A DNA stretch of 64,000 nucleotides from a virus. Taxonomy: Duplodnaviria; Caudoviricetes. Made by a program: the position numbers and the translations under genes. The notes beneath the pieces were generated by a model. That model made no database searches. It saw nothing but the letters and a program-made list of their open reading frames with translations, and had not been told where the DNA came from. Below are positions 54,555 through 63,870 of the stretch, one piece after another (within the stretch, counting starts at the first letter, position 1; each line of letters opens with the position of its first letter). Location: positions 15,904 through 79,903 of IMG/VR virus record IMGVR_UViG_3300014656_000001; one strand, written 5' to 3'.

Positions 54555-54776
54555 ATGGCAAGTAAAACAGCAAGAGACATCGAAAACAATTTCACGTATC
54601 ATCCACCAATCGGAGATCAGGCTCAACGATATGAAGATATCAGAGCAAAAGCAAAAGGGCTTGCATACTTTATTGAAACTCGTTGCCCTGAATCACGTGA
54701 GCGGTCACTGGCTATGACCAAATTGGAAGAAGCTATCATGTGGGCAAACGCATCTATCGCCAGAAACGAGAAATAA
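54555..54776 (+). CDS. Acb2/Tad1-like small helical protein (candidate immune-signal sponge)
   Basis: NFTYHPP...RYEDIRAKAK...CPESRERSLAMTKLEEAIMWANASIAR. The C-terminal helix resembles the Tad1-type ALTHVEEALMW segment. Confidence 0.6.
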   Translation: MASKTARDIENNFTYHPPIGDQAQRYEDIRAKAKGLAYFIETRCPESRERSLAMTKLEEAIMWANASIARNEK

Positions 54777-54988
54777 TGAAGCGCAAACGTTATAACCCAG
54801 ATGATTTGTTATCAGAACTTGGCAAAATGACCTTGCTTTATGACAAAGATTGGCCGAGACGAACTATTGCACTTGCTGGTCACGATGGATTGGGCAATCT
54901 CAAAGTTCTGATTATTACTCCTTCTATGTGGAATGATGCTGATGACGTTCTTGAAGCACTTAAGGAGATTCAAAACAATGAAACATAA
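54776..54988 (+). CDS. Hypothetical protein
   Basis: TAATG overlap, 70 aa. Confidence 0.5.
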   Translation: MKRKRYNPDDLLSELGKMTLLYDKDWPRRTIALAGHDGLGNLKVLIITPSMWNDADDVLEALKEIQNNET

Positions 54989-56141
54989 ATTCAGAAAGAT
55001 ATGGTATGTATCTCTGGAGCCACAAAAACAGAGGTACAGTTGGAACTTGTCATTCCCTCTTGTTGGATGGCAAGAATCTAATTGGATTGAAAATTACATT
55101 CCCTATGAACGAATAGAAGGGCATCAATTGGGGGACGGGGAAATCAAAACAGGTGTTGCTTTGGATGGTGCGGGGCGCGGGTACTATGCTTGTTCCCAAA
55201 TCATGGAATTGTTACACCGTTTGGATAACAATGAGGTGGATGCTGAAGATGTGATTTACTTCGAAGACTTCTGGCATCCCGGCATCGAAGCACTTCCCTA
55301 TTACTTTCATCTGGCAAACACTCATCCAAAAATGTATGCGAATTGTTGGGCGCAGAGTGTGGATATGTATGATTTTACATTCCCAATGCGCTCATGGATG
55401 CGTCATTATGAAAAAGGGAACGGGGCTATTCTGGATGGTGTATTTGTCACCAGTTCATTGCTAAAAGAACTGTTAGTACGTTCTGGTATATCCAACAAAG
55501 TATATGTGATTGGGCATCCATTTAGAAGCGAAAGCATTATTAAAAAAATACAACCTTACTTAAAACTCCCCAGAGAAGACAAAGTGGTATGGAGTTCCCG
55601 TTGGGATTGGGAGAAGAGACCTTCTGTATTTTTACGTCTGGTAAAACGAATGCCTCACATCCAATTTGTTATCTGCACATCGGCTCCCAAGTTGAGAAGC
55701 AACAGTGGTGGATTACTTGAACAGTTAGCTACATATCTAACAGAATGTCCCAATTTAACACTCAAAGATAACCTCACCAAAGATGAGTACTATAAAGAAC
55801 TTTGCACGGCTAAGGTGCAATTCAATTCAGCTTTGCAAGACTGGGTAAGTTACACACTTTTGGAATCTGTTACATGTGGGTGCTTCCCTGTATATCCCAG
55901 GTTCAGAAGTTTCCCTGAAGTATTTGACAGTGCTGATATGGGGTATCTGTTGTACGAAGATGACGATGTCAGCGATGCTTCTCATATCGTTCAGCGATGT
56001 ATAGATGAGTACTCCACTGCTGTTGCTGATTTTCATTTCGATAGTATGATTCCAAGATTTGATCGTTCATGGGAACGAATGATTCACATAATGAATGGAG
56101 AAGATTATGAAACGCTATATAGTCGTCAAGACTCAGTTTGA
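54978..56141 (+). CDS. GT-B (GT4-like) glycosyltransferase 2
   Basis: IYFEDFWHPG, VVWSSRWDWEKRP, YYKELCTAKVQFNSALQDWVSYTLLESVTCGCFPVYPRFRSFPE. Confidence 0.85.
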   Translation: MKHKFRKIWYVSLEPQKQRYSWNLSFPLVGWQESNWIENYIPYERIEGHQLGDGEIKTGVALDGAGRGYYACSQIMELLHRLDNNEVDAEDVIYFEDFWHPGIEALPYYFHLANTHPKMYANCWAQSVDMYDFTFPMRSWMRHYEKGNGAILDGVFVTSSLLKELLVRSGISNKVYVIGHPFRSESIIKKIQPYLKLPREDKVVWSSRWDWEKRPSVFLRLVKRMPHIQFVICTSAPKLRSNSGGLLEQLATYLTECPNLTLKDNLTKDEYYKELCTAKVQFNSALQDWVSYTLLESVTCGCFPVYPRFRSFPEVFDSADMGYLLYEDDDVSDASHIVQRCIDEYSTAVADFHFDSMIPRFDRSWERMIHIMNGEDYETLYSRQDSV

Positions 56142-56448
56142 GGGTATTCACAGTTGGCCTGAATGTCCCTATGGGGATGTTTCTTTTTTACGTTTTCCTC
56201 ATCGTCATATTTTCCATGTAACAGTTCGTGTGAGTGTGTCTGACAGCCGGGACATAGAGTTTATTAGATTCAAGAGAAAATTAGATTCTTGGATTAATAG
56301 CAAACTCATTCTCTTCGGCTCTTGTGACGCATTTTTAGGAACAGTGAGCTGTGAAGATATCTGTGACAAAATTCATGAAGCATTCCCAGAAGCTGTTTAT
56401 ATTCAGGTTATGGAAGACAATGAGAATGGAGCTGAGTTAATAGTATGA
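56107..56448 (+). CDS. dpdL: T-fold QueD paralogue, DpdL-like (putative CDG decarboxylase)
   Basis: LxxxHRHxF motif (LRFPHRHIF) in place of CxxxHGH, plus RDIEF, SCE and EDNENGA. Located inside the deazaguanine cluster. Confidence 0.65.
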   Translation: MKRYIVVKTQFEGIHSWPECPYGDVSFLRFPHRHIFHVTVRVSVSDSRDIEFIRFKRKLDSWINSKLILFGSCDAFLGTVSCEDICDKIHEAFPEAVYIQVMEDNENGAELIV

Positions 56449-57230
56449 AAGTATATTCGATATTCAAAAGCATATCGGGTGATGTTACAGGTGTGCCACA
56501 AGGCACACCCATCACCATACTCAGGCTGGCTGGTTGTGACATGGATTGTGTTTGGTGTGACGAACGCAAAAGCATCGACCCCAAGAATGGTATAGACATG
56601 CGGCCCATGAAAATAGTCAAGGCTTTGTTGAGTGATGAAGTTCGTACCAATTGTCTGCATATCACAGGAGGGGAACCCATTCTCCAAAGACGGGGACTGA
56701 AGACCGTATTACGGGAAGTTGCTGGTAAATTTGAATTTATCCAGATGGATGGTAATGGTAACAACATGATAGACTTGTGTTATGTAGACCACATAATCTA
56801 CAACTATAAGTTACCATCGTCAAAACAAAAGGTGCTCTCCCCCAATGAATTTACATGTAAACTGATGGAAAACATGCTTAGTAGCAGAGAAGATGTTAGC
56901 TACTCTATAAAATTTGTGTGTAAAGACATGACAGATTATATAGAAGCTAGTTCAGTTATGAATACTGTTTTGATGCACTCTAAAATAACACCTATGGAAA
57001 AGAACGTTGATTTTATCTTTGCAGCTGTTGAATCACCATCACATATAAAAGACAATCCTTGGAGAAGAGAACTCGCAGATTTGGTATTGAAAAACCATTG
57101 TTATTTCAACAATAAATCTGGGGGATTTCATTTCAGTGCTTTGTTCAACGTTCAGGTACATAAACTGCTTGGGGGAGATAAGGGCAAAGCACGTGAAACT
57201 CCCGGTCAAATTGGAGTGGAATATAAATGA
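56445..57230 (+). CDS. queE: QueE-like radical SAM enzyme, copy 2
   Basis: SISGDV, RLAGCDMDCVWCD, ITGGEPILQ, YKLPSS and KFVC motifs. Confidence 0.8.
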   Translation: MKVYSIFKSISGDVTGVPQGTPITILRLAGCDMDCVWCDERKSIDPKNGIDMRPMKIVKALLSDEVRTNCLHITGGEPILQRRGLKTVLREVAGKFEFIQMDGNGNNMIDLCYVDHIIYNYKLPSSKQKVLSPNEFTCKLMENMLSSREDVSYSIKFVCKDMTDYIEASSVMNTVLMHSKITPMEKNVDFIFAAVESPSHIKDNPWRRELADLVLKNHCYFNNKSGGFHFSALFNVQVHKLLGGDKGKARETPGQIGVEYK

Positions 57231-58285
57231 AAATCTTCATGGACTCTGGAGCACACACACTCTATACAGCACATGCTTATGGTAAACCAGCAAGAAAGAA
57301 GTATGACTATTATGAATCAGAAACGTTCTGGAACTATGTCGATGAGTACATTGCTTTCTTACATAAAAATTCCAAATACCTCGATGTCTACGTCAATGTG
57401 GATGTCTTGTCGCATCCCGCTAAAACTTGGGAAGTCCAACGATACATGGAAAAAACGGGACTCACCCCACTACCCGTTCTTCACCCAAACACAGACCTGA
57501 AATGGCTGGATCGGTATATAAAAGCAGGTCATACACACATTGGATTGGGTGTTACGGGTAAAGGCAACTCCCCTCAGATGTTTAGGGCATGGGGGAATAA
57601 GATATTCAACGACCCCAAATACAAGGGCATCAAGTTTCATGGGTTTGCCGCAACAGCATTCAGTTTACTGATAGAATACCCATGGTATTCAGTGGATAGC
57701 ACGACATGGATCACACATGGAGGATATGGAAATGTTATCTTCCCTAAGAAGAAACAAGGTAAGTGGGATTACAGCGACCCGTTCATTATTGCTGTGACTC
57801 CCCGCCGCCAAAATATGATCCCCCTTACAACGAAAGCTGGTGTTCTTGGAAATAACATTGAAACCATACGGCATAAGACTCCAATCATATTCAAGCAGAT
57901 GATGGAATATCTGGAAGAGAACAACGTAGATTACAAAGAACTTACAGAAGTAGGGAGAGTTCGATACGACTTGAACGGTATATTCTATTTGAGAATGATG
58001 GCACAGTGCCAGAAGAGAGATGATTTTATTTTCTATTTCTCAGGTGTTGGAAGAAGAGCCGAAGAATGCGAGCCGTTGGTTAAGGAACCATTGTATGATA
58101 ATTGGGGGGTGTTGATTTCATATTATCACACCCATCACTTGTTGAAAGATAAAGAAGAATCAGCCAGATTTGGCCGAATAAAACAGTTAGCGAGGAGACA
58201 ACATGAATCAGGGAATAAACAGAAATTCTTTATTAAAAACGGTGAAGTTGTTGCTTTCGGGGACATCCAGCCGGGAGATCATTGA
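57227..58285 (+). CDS. dpdA: TGT/DpdA-like DNA base-exchange transglycosylase
   Basis: IFMDSGAH, VNVDV, PLPVLH, IGLG, KFHGFA and YPWYSVDSTTW TGT-fold motifs. Terminal gene of the cluster. Confidence 0.7.
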   Translation: MKIFMDSGAHTLYTAHAYGKPARKKYDYYESETFWNYVDEYIAFLHKNSKYLDVYVNVDVLSHPAKTWEVQRYMEKTGLTPLPVLHPNTDLKWLDRYIKAGHTHIGLGVTGKGNSPQMFRAWGNKIFNDPKYKGIKFHGFAATAFSLLIEYPWYSVDSTTWITHGGYGNVIFPKKKQGKWDYSDPFIIAVTPRRQNMIPLTTKAGVLGNNIETIRHKTPIIFKQMMEYLEENNVDYKELTEVGRVRYDLNGIFYLRMMAQCQKRDDFIFYFSGVGRRAEECEPLVKEPLYDNWGVLISYYHTHHLLKDKEESARFGRIKQLARRQHESGNKQKFFIKNGEVVAFGDIQPGDH

Positions 58286-59246
58286 GCAGTCATCTTGTAT
58301 TGTGTTTTCAGATGGAGATGTGTACACATACAACGATGAAATGTGCGTAAGTACAAAGATACCTGAAATTGAAGGTACATGTGCTGTGCCCGCGAACGAA
58401 CTATTAAACATACTCTCCAAAATGAAGGGGGATACAGTTGACATTGATATCAGCGAGGGGAAGATGGTAATAAAAACACCTCGCACTGAAGCTATGTTGA
58501 TTGCACAAAACGATGTGTTTCTTCCCATACCATCGTCAGAGCAGAAAAGCACTGACTCCGAAGTGGGGAATCAATTCTTTGAAGCACTGTATGATTGTTC
58601 GATGACGGTCAGTAAAGACGCGACGAAACCCTATATGTTTTGTGTTCACATCAATAACGATTACATGCAATCGTGTGATGGATACCAACTCACCCAATAC
58701 AAGCATGGTCTTTCACTCAAGATAAAAGAATCTGGAATCTTGATACCTTCACCCGCCATACGGGAACTGGCAAAACATGGAATCAAAAAAGCGACACTCA
58801 AAATCAGAGAAACTTGGGCTGATTTTGAAGTAGAAAGTGGTGGGGAACCTTATGTGTTTTCATGCAGACTGTTCCAGTCAGATTACATTAACACTGAAAG
58901 AATCGTCAAGGGAACAGATAATGTGATAACAAACTTTCAATTTCCACCAACCTTCATAGACTCACTGGAAGTGGCTTTATGCTTACGTGAGATCAATATG
59001 TATAACGAACGGGCTGCTATACACTTTGATAAGAACATGGTCACAGTTGTGAAAAAGACAGAGAAGGGGATTATTACGGAAAAGAATAGAGTAAGATACG
59101 ATGGGGAATCATTTAGTGTGAACGTAAACCCGGCACTGCTTCTTAACTTGCTCAAAAAAAGTGACTCCATATCGATCTGTCATTCATTTATCAAATCTGA
59201 ATCGGACGGGATGTTGTATGTAATACCTATTCATAAAGGAGAGTGA
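58203..59246 (+). CDS. dnaN: DNA polymerase III beta-type sliding clamp
   Basis: 347 aa. EGTCAVPANELLNILSKM, QSCDGYQL, GILIPSPAIREL, FSCRLFQSDY and FSVNVNPALLLNLLK. SD GAGGAG. Confidence 0.8.
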   Translation: MNQGINRNSLLKTVKLLLSGTSSREIIEQSSCIVFSDGDVYTYNDEMCVSTKIPEIEGTCAVPANELLNILSKMKGDTVDIDISEGKMVIKTPRTEAMLIAQNDVFLPIPSSEQKSTDSEVGNQFFEALYDCSMTVSKDATKPYMFCVHINNDYMQSCDGYQLTQYKHGLSLKIKESGILIPSPAIRELAKHGIKKATLKIRETWADFEVESGGEPYVFSCRLFQSDYINTERIVKGTDNVITNFQFPPTFIDSLEVALCLREINMYNERAAIHFDKNMVTVVKKTEKGIITEKNRVRYDGESFSVNVNPALLLNLLKKSDSISICHSFIKSESDGMLYVIPIHKGE

Positions 59247-59247
59247 C

Positions 59248-59820
59248 ATGAATGATGTAAATCGAAGAGGGTTTTTGAAAGTACTGTCAGCCACTCCAGC
59301 TGTTATTTGTGCTGGGGGGGTAACAAGTGAAACTTTATTATTTCCAGACAAGCCTCTAATTATTGAACCTACTCAAAACGAGATCAATCAATATGGAAGT
59401 GATAATAAATTCAAGGGTAGATTATCCCATACAAATTACAGTCATGTATTTATTGCTACTCAAAATGGAAGTATTTATGAGTTGGGTCAGATTACCTGTC
59501 TAATCAGTCATCATTATATACAAAATTATATACAAAATGTAAATGAGAGATATGTAATAAATGAGCCGAATTGTGTTGGAGTGGTGATTGGATGTCGACA
59601 AGTAATCATGAGATTTGAATACCTCCCAACTCAATACCATTGGCAGATGAATACAAAACCGTATTCAGATGGGGATGTGTATGTTTATTTGAATGAACCA
59701 CAATCGGTTTTATTTCGAATAGTAATAGAAAATTTTAGTGTGGCGTTTGAACCTTTAACACAACCAATACTCAGTCAAATGGGGGGATTGGTTTTGGAGC
59801 AGATTGTATTGGAGAATTAA
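59248..59820 (+). CDS. Hypothetical protein with a twin-arginine (Tat)-like N-terminus
   Basis: MNDVNRRGFLKVLSATPAVICAGG. Confidence 0.6.
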   Translation: MNDVNRRGFLKVLSATPAVICAGGVTSETLLFPDKPLIIEPTQNEINQYGSDNKFKGRLSHTNYSHVFIATQNGSIYELGQITCLISHHYIQNYIQNVNERYVINEPNCVGVVIGCRQVIMRFEYLPTQYHWQMNTKPYSDGDVYVYLNEPQSVLFRIVIENFSVAFEPLTQPILSQMGGLVLEQIVLEN

Positions 59821-59821
59821 T

Positions 59822-62527
59822 ATGAATGATGGGTTCTTTACTGAAGAAGATCACTTACGAACCAAAAAGAGCATAAAGATCGTAGAGGGCTGTAATAAGT
59901 GTGGGCTATACAGAACATGCAATTCCCCTAAAATGCTCGCTACGGGGACGGGAGACATCCCTATACTGTTTCTCGCAGAGGCTCCAGGCGAACGGGAAGA
60001 CCAGATGAACACCCAATTGATAGGGGCAGCCGGCCAATGTCTTAGGGAACACTTGGAGGAGTTGGACATAGACATCGACAAGTGCCGAAAGATCAACGCT
60101 GTAAATTGCAGACCTCCAGACAACAGAGAACCAACACCCAATGAAGTATCCCAGTGTCATTACTTTGTCGATAAAGAGTTGAGAGAATTTCAACCTGAAT
60201 TGGTAATAGTATTGGGGGGAACGGCTCTTGATTCATTCCTCCAAAACAGACACGTCCATACTATGGGGCTTGGAATCAGCAAGTGGCGGGGATTTATTAT
60301 ACCTGATGCAAAATACAAGTGTTGGATGGCTCCCACATTCCACCCCTCGTTTGTCAAGCGCATGGAAGAGGCTAAAGATTATAAAGTAATCAGTACACTG
60401 TTCCATCAGGATTTGAAAAATGCTGTCAGTAAGCTTGGAGAACCAATACCCTATCATAACTTAGATGAAGTCAAAAAACGTGTGGAGATATTGGATACAA
60501 AAAATGCTATAACCTTTATGGAATGGTTACTCGATGAGGCTGATAACTCCAGTGATGATGGAATTGATGTGTCTATTGACTATGAGACAACGGGTTTGAA
60601 ACCACATAGACCTGGACATGATATTATTTCAGTATCTTTGGGAACAAAAGAGAAGGGATCAAAAGCTTTTCTCATTCACAGAGATGTAAAAGGGTTTGGA
60701 AAACTAAGAGTGTTGTTGTGTAAATTACTCAGGCATAAAAAAATATATCTCACAGCACATAACATGAAGTTTGAAGAGATGTGGAGCAATGTTATTCTTG
60801 AAACCTCTGTTGCTAACTGGAACTGGTGCAGCTTACAGGCCGCTCACGTTCTGGACAATAGAACGGGAATAGGCAAACTAAAACTCCAAACATATTTACA
60901 TTTTGGAGTGGATGATTACAGCAGTCATATTGAACCTTATTTGAAATCAGATGGCAAAGAAGCAGGGAGCATAAACAATATTCACAAATTACTTGGCAGT
61001 CCAGCATTAACCCATGATTTGCTTATGTACAATGGACTGGATACAGAATTTCAATTTATGCTCTATGAAAAACAAAGCAGTGAAATCTATAAAAGAAACA
61101 TGTACACCCCATACGACCTCATACACGATGGTGCTCTGACTTTCTCAAAGATTGAACTCAATGGAATACCTCTCGATCTTGATAAAGCAGAAATGCTAAC
61201 AGAGCGTCTGGAAAAACGTGTGCAGAGTATAAAAGAGAAACTCATTGAGTATGAAGAAGTAAAACAATGGAAAACTATAAACGGTGCAAAATTCAATCTG
61301 GCTTCCAACACCCAATTAGCAAATCTGTTATATTACCACTTGGACTATAGAGACTTACCAAAAACAGCAACAGGTAAACCAAGTGTGGATGAACCTTCGT
61401 TAAAGACAGTCAATCTCCCATTCGTAAAAGACCTAATGGCGATGAGAAAACTGGAAAAGATAAAAGGTACATTCATTGCTGGTTTTTTACGGGAGTGTTG
61501 CAGAGGGAAGATGCACCCGTTTTTCAATCTACACACAACGATCACGTACAGGTCTTCATCTGATTCACCTAACTTTCAAAACATACCAAAGAGAGACAAA
61601 GAAGCACAGAGGTACTGCCGTAGTCTAATCATCCCGAATAGAGATCAATTGTTGGTTGAGATAGACTACTCTCAGATTGAAGTGAGAGTGGCGGCTTGCT
61701 ATCACGAAGACCCAAACATGATCCAAGAGATAATCGATCCAACAAAAGACATGCATGGTGATATGGCTATGGAATTGTATAAGATGGATAAAATAGCCAA
61801 AGACCCTAGGTTTTGTGCTAAGAACGGGTTTGTGTTTGCTCAGTTCTATGGAGATTACTATGTGTCATGTGCTAAAGCGTTGTGGGGATTTATTGACACA
61901 ATGAAATTGGAAACAGCCGATGGAATCCCCATGAGACAGAATCTTAAAAGCAAAGGTATCAAAACATATATTGATTTTGAAGAACACGTAAAAGAAGTGG
62001 AAAGAGTGTTCTGGAAAGAGAGGTTCCCTGTTTATGATAAGTGGAGAGACACATGGTACAATGACTATTTGGAAAAGGGGTGGTTTGAGACACTTACAGG
62101 TTTCATTTGTTCTGGATACATGCAACGAAACGACGTTATAAACTATCCGGTACAGGGAAGTGCTTTTCACTGTTTGTTGAGGTCATTGTGTATAATAGAT
62201 AGAAGAATAAGTGGCATGAAATCAAAACTTATCGGTCAGATACACGATGCCGCAAACTTGAGTGTCAGTTCAGAACCTGAAGAGTTCAATCGTGTAATTT
62301 CCATGTGTTCAGAAATCATGACACAAGAAATACCCAGAGAGTGGGATTGGATCATAGTACCTCTTGAAGTGGAAGTGGAAGCGGCTCCAATGAACGCTCC
62401 CTGGTGTGATATGAAAAAACTATCGAACAAATTATGCAATGTGTGTGGATGCGAATACGCATACAAAAGTGAAAAAGAAAGTACCATCGTTTATGAGTGC
62501 CCAATCTGTGGAGATGAATGGAGTTAA
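59822..62527 (+). CDS. polA: Family A DNA polymerase with an N-terminal family-4 UDG-like domain, 3'-5' exonuclease and C-terminal zinc ribbon
   Basis: UDG: CNKCGL, AEAPG, NCRPPDNREP, TFHPSF. Exonuclease: DYETTGL, HNMKFE, YNGLD. Polymerase: DYSQIEVR, RFCAKNGFVFAQFYG, QIHD. Tail: CNVC...CPIC. Confidence 0.93.
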   Translation: MNDGFFTEEDHLRTKKSIKIVEGCNKCGLYRTCNSPKMLATGTGDIPILFLAEAPGEREDQMNTQLIGAAGQCLREHLEELDIDIDKCRKINAVNCRPPDNREPTPNEVSQCHYFVDKELREFQPELVIVLGGTALDSFLQNRHVHTMGLGISKWRGFIIPDAKYKCWMAPTFHPSFVKRMEEAKDYKVISTLFHQDLKNAVSKLGEPIPYHNLDEVKKRVEILDTKNAITFMEWLLDEADNSSDDGIDVSIDYETTGLKPHRPGHDIISVSLGTKEKGSKAFLIHRDVKGFGKLRVLLCKLLRHKKIYLTAHNMKFEEMWSNVILETSVANWNWCSLQAAHVLDNRTGIGKLKLQTYLHFGVDDYSSHIEPYLKSDGKEAGSINNIHKLLGSPALTHDLLMYNGLDTEFQFMLYEKQSSEIYKRNMYTPYDLIHDGALTFSKIELNGIPLDLDKAEMLTERLEKRVQSIKEKLIEYEEVKQWKTINGAKFNLASNTQLANLLYYHLDYRDLPKTATGKPSVDEPSLKTVNLPFVKDLMAMRKLEKIKGTFIAGFLRECCRGKMHPFFNLHTTITYRSSSDSPNFQNIPKRDKEAQRYCRSLIIPNRDQLLVEIDYSQIEVRVAACYHEDPNMIQEIIDPTKDMHGDMAMELYKMDKIAKDPRFCAKNGFVFAQFYGDYYVSCAKALWGFIDTMKLETADGIPMRQNLKSKGIKTYIDFEEHVKEVERVFWKERFPVYDKWRDTWYNDYLEKGWFETLTGFICSGYMQRNDVINYPVQGSAFHCLLRSLCIIDRRISGMKSKLIGQIHDAANLSVSSEPEEFNRVISMCSEIMTQEIPREWDWIIVPLEVEVEAAPMNAPWCDMKKLSNKLCNVCGCEYAYKSEKESTIVYECPICGDEWS

Positions 62528-62529
62528 AT

Positions 62530-62928
62530 ATGAAAGAGAAGCAAACAATTGAAGACAAACACATGAATCTGATAATCATGCATCAAAAGCTGGAAAAGCT
62601 TTTTATTGAATCACAAGCCAGAACTTCAAAATTATTAAAAGCTCTTCAGAAGTCAGAGCTTGAAAAGTCAGAAATTATGCACTTGTTTTTTGCTTATGTA
62701 AAGCAAGTAAATGGATATTTGCCCGTATTGAGTGTTAAAGAAACTGAAACCTTTTCTTTACACGCCGATGAAAACTTAGACAAGTTTCTCAGAAACGAAA
62801 AATCAAGTATCGGTCTAAAATCCAAACTGGAATCAGACCAAATGTTGGTTGATTTGATCTATGAGAGTAACGATTGTGACGATCTTGATGATATCTCAGA
62901 TAATTCCAAAACAATTATAAGTGAGTGA
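62530..62928 (+). CDS. Hypothetical protein
   Basis: 132 aa ORF between polA and the clamp loader. Confidence 0.5.
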   Translation: MKEKQTIEDKHMNLIIMHQKLEKLFIESQARTSKLLKALQKSELEKSEIMHLFFAYVKQVNGYLPVLSVKETETFSLHADENLDKFLRNEKSSIGLKSKLESDQMLVDLIYESNDCDDLDDISDNSKTIISE

Positions 62929-63856
62929 AAAAACAATGTCATTATACAAAGAATATAGACCTGAAGAATTTGATGATGTTGAGGGAAACGAAAGCACGAT
63001 AGCGGCTATCAAATCTAAATTGGATTCAGATAGTGTGCCTTCGGCATTTTTACTGACAGGACCTCCAGGGTGTGGGAAAACAACAGTGGGGAGGATCATA
63101 GCGAGGTATTTGAAATGCTATGACGATTGGAACTTTCATGAGTATAACAGTGCGAGGTTCACTGGGATTGAAACTGTACGTCAACTCCAAGATACAATGG
63201 GGCTGGCTCCCGTAAATGCTCCATACAAAATCTATCTGTTGGATGAAGTGCATCGAATCTCACCCCAAGCACAAGACGGGCTGTTAAAGGCGTTGGAAGA
63301 CACTCCAAGCCATGTTATTTTCATCTTATGTACCAGTGAAGCCGGGAAAGTAACAGCCGCTGTAAAGAGACGATGTGCTCATTTTGAATTTGTCCCTTTA
63401 GAACCTAATCTGGTGAAAGATTATTTGTTGTGGGTTGCCAGTAACGAAAAAAAAGATGTACCCAATCCAATCATTTCCATGATTGTTGAAAAGAGTAACG
63501 GTTCTCTTGGACAAGCTCTTCAGTACATGGATACCATCATTGATGTTGAACCAGACAAAATGCAAGAGGTACTAGAAAGCACAGAAAAGACCAAAGAAGA
63601 ATCCATTGCTTTATGCAGATTGTTAATGGGGAAGTCATGCACTTGGAAACAGATATTGAGCATCTACGGTAAGATAGAAGATGACCCAGAAACAATACGA
63701 AGAATCATTATGGGGTATTGTAACTCTGTACTTATGAAAAGTGACAATGCAAAAGTGGGAATCATACTGGACATGATGATTCAGTGCGAATCCATGATGT
63801 TGGGGAAACCAGCGTTAACCAGTACATTATATAACATCTGCACAACATTATCTTAA
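62921..63856 (+). CDS. dnaX: Clamp loader subunit (DNA pol III gamma/tau-like)
   Basis: LYKEYRPEEFDDVEG, LLTGPPGCGKTT, IYLLDEVHRIS, LLKALEDTP, FILCTSE and RRC. Confidence 0.92.
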   Translation: MSEKTMSLYKEYRPEEFDDVEGNESTIAAIKSKLDSDSVPSAFLLTGPPGCGKTTVGRIIARYLKCYDDWNFHEYNSARFTGIETVRQLQDTMGLAPVNAPYKIYLLDEVHRISPQAQDGLLKALEDTPSHVIFILCTSEAGKVTAAVKRRCAHFEFVPLEPNLVKDYLLWVASNEKKDVPNPIISMIVEKSNGSLGQALQYMDTIIDVEPDKMQEVLESTEKTKEESIALCRLLMGKSCTWKQILSIYGKIEDDPETIRRIIMGYCNSVLMKSDNAKVGIILDMMIQCESMMLGKPALTSTLYNICTTLS

Positions 63857-63870
63857 AGAGGAGAAGTCGT

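Noticed and set aside
49327-58285. Complete preQ0/archaeosine (QueC, Gat-QueC, QueF) pathway
   Set aside because: No SGGxDS PP-loop QueC or QueF-like ORF is in the window. It could lie outside the window or come from the host.
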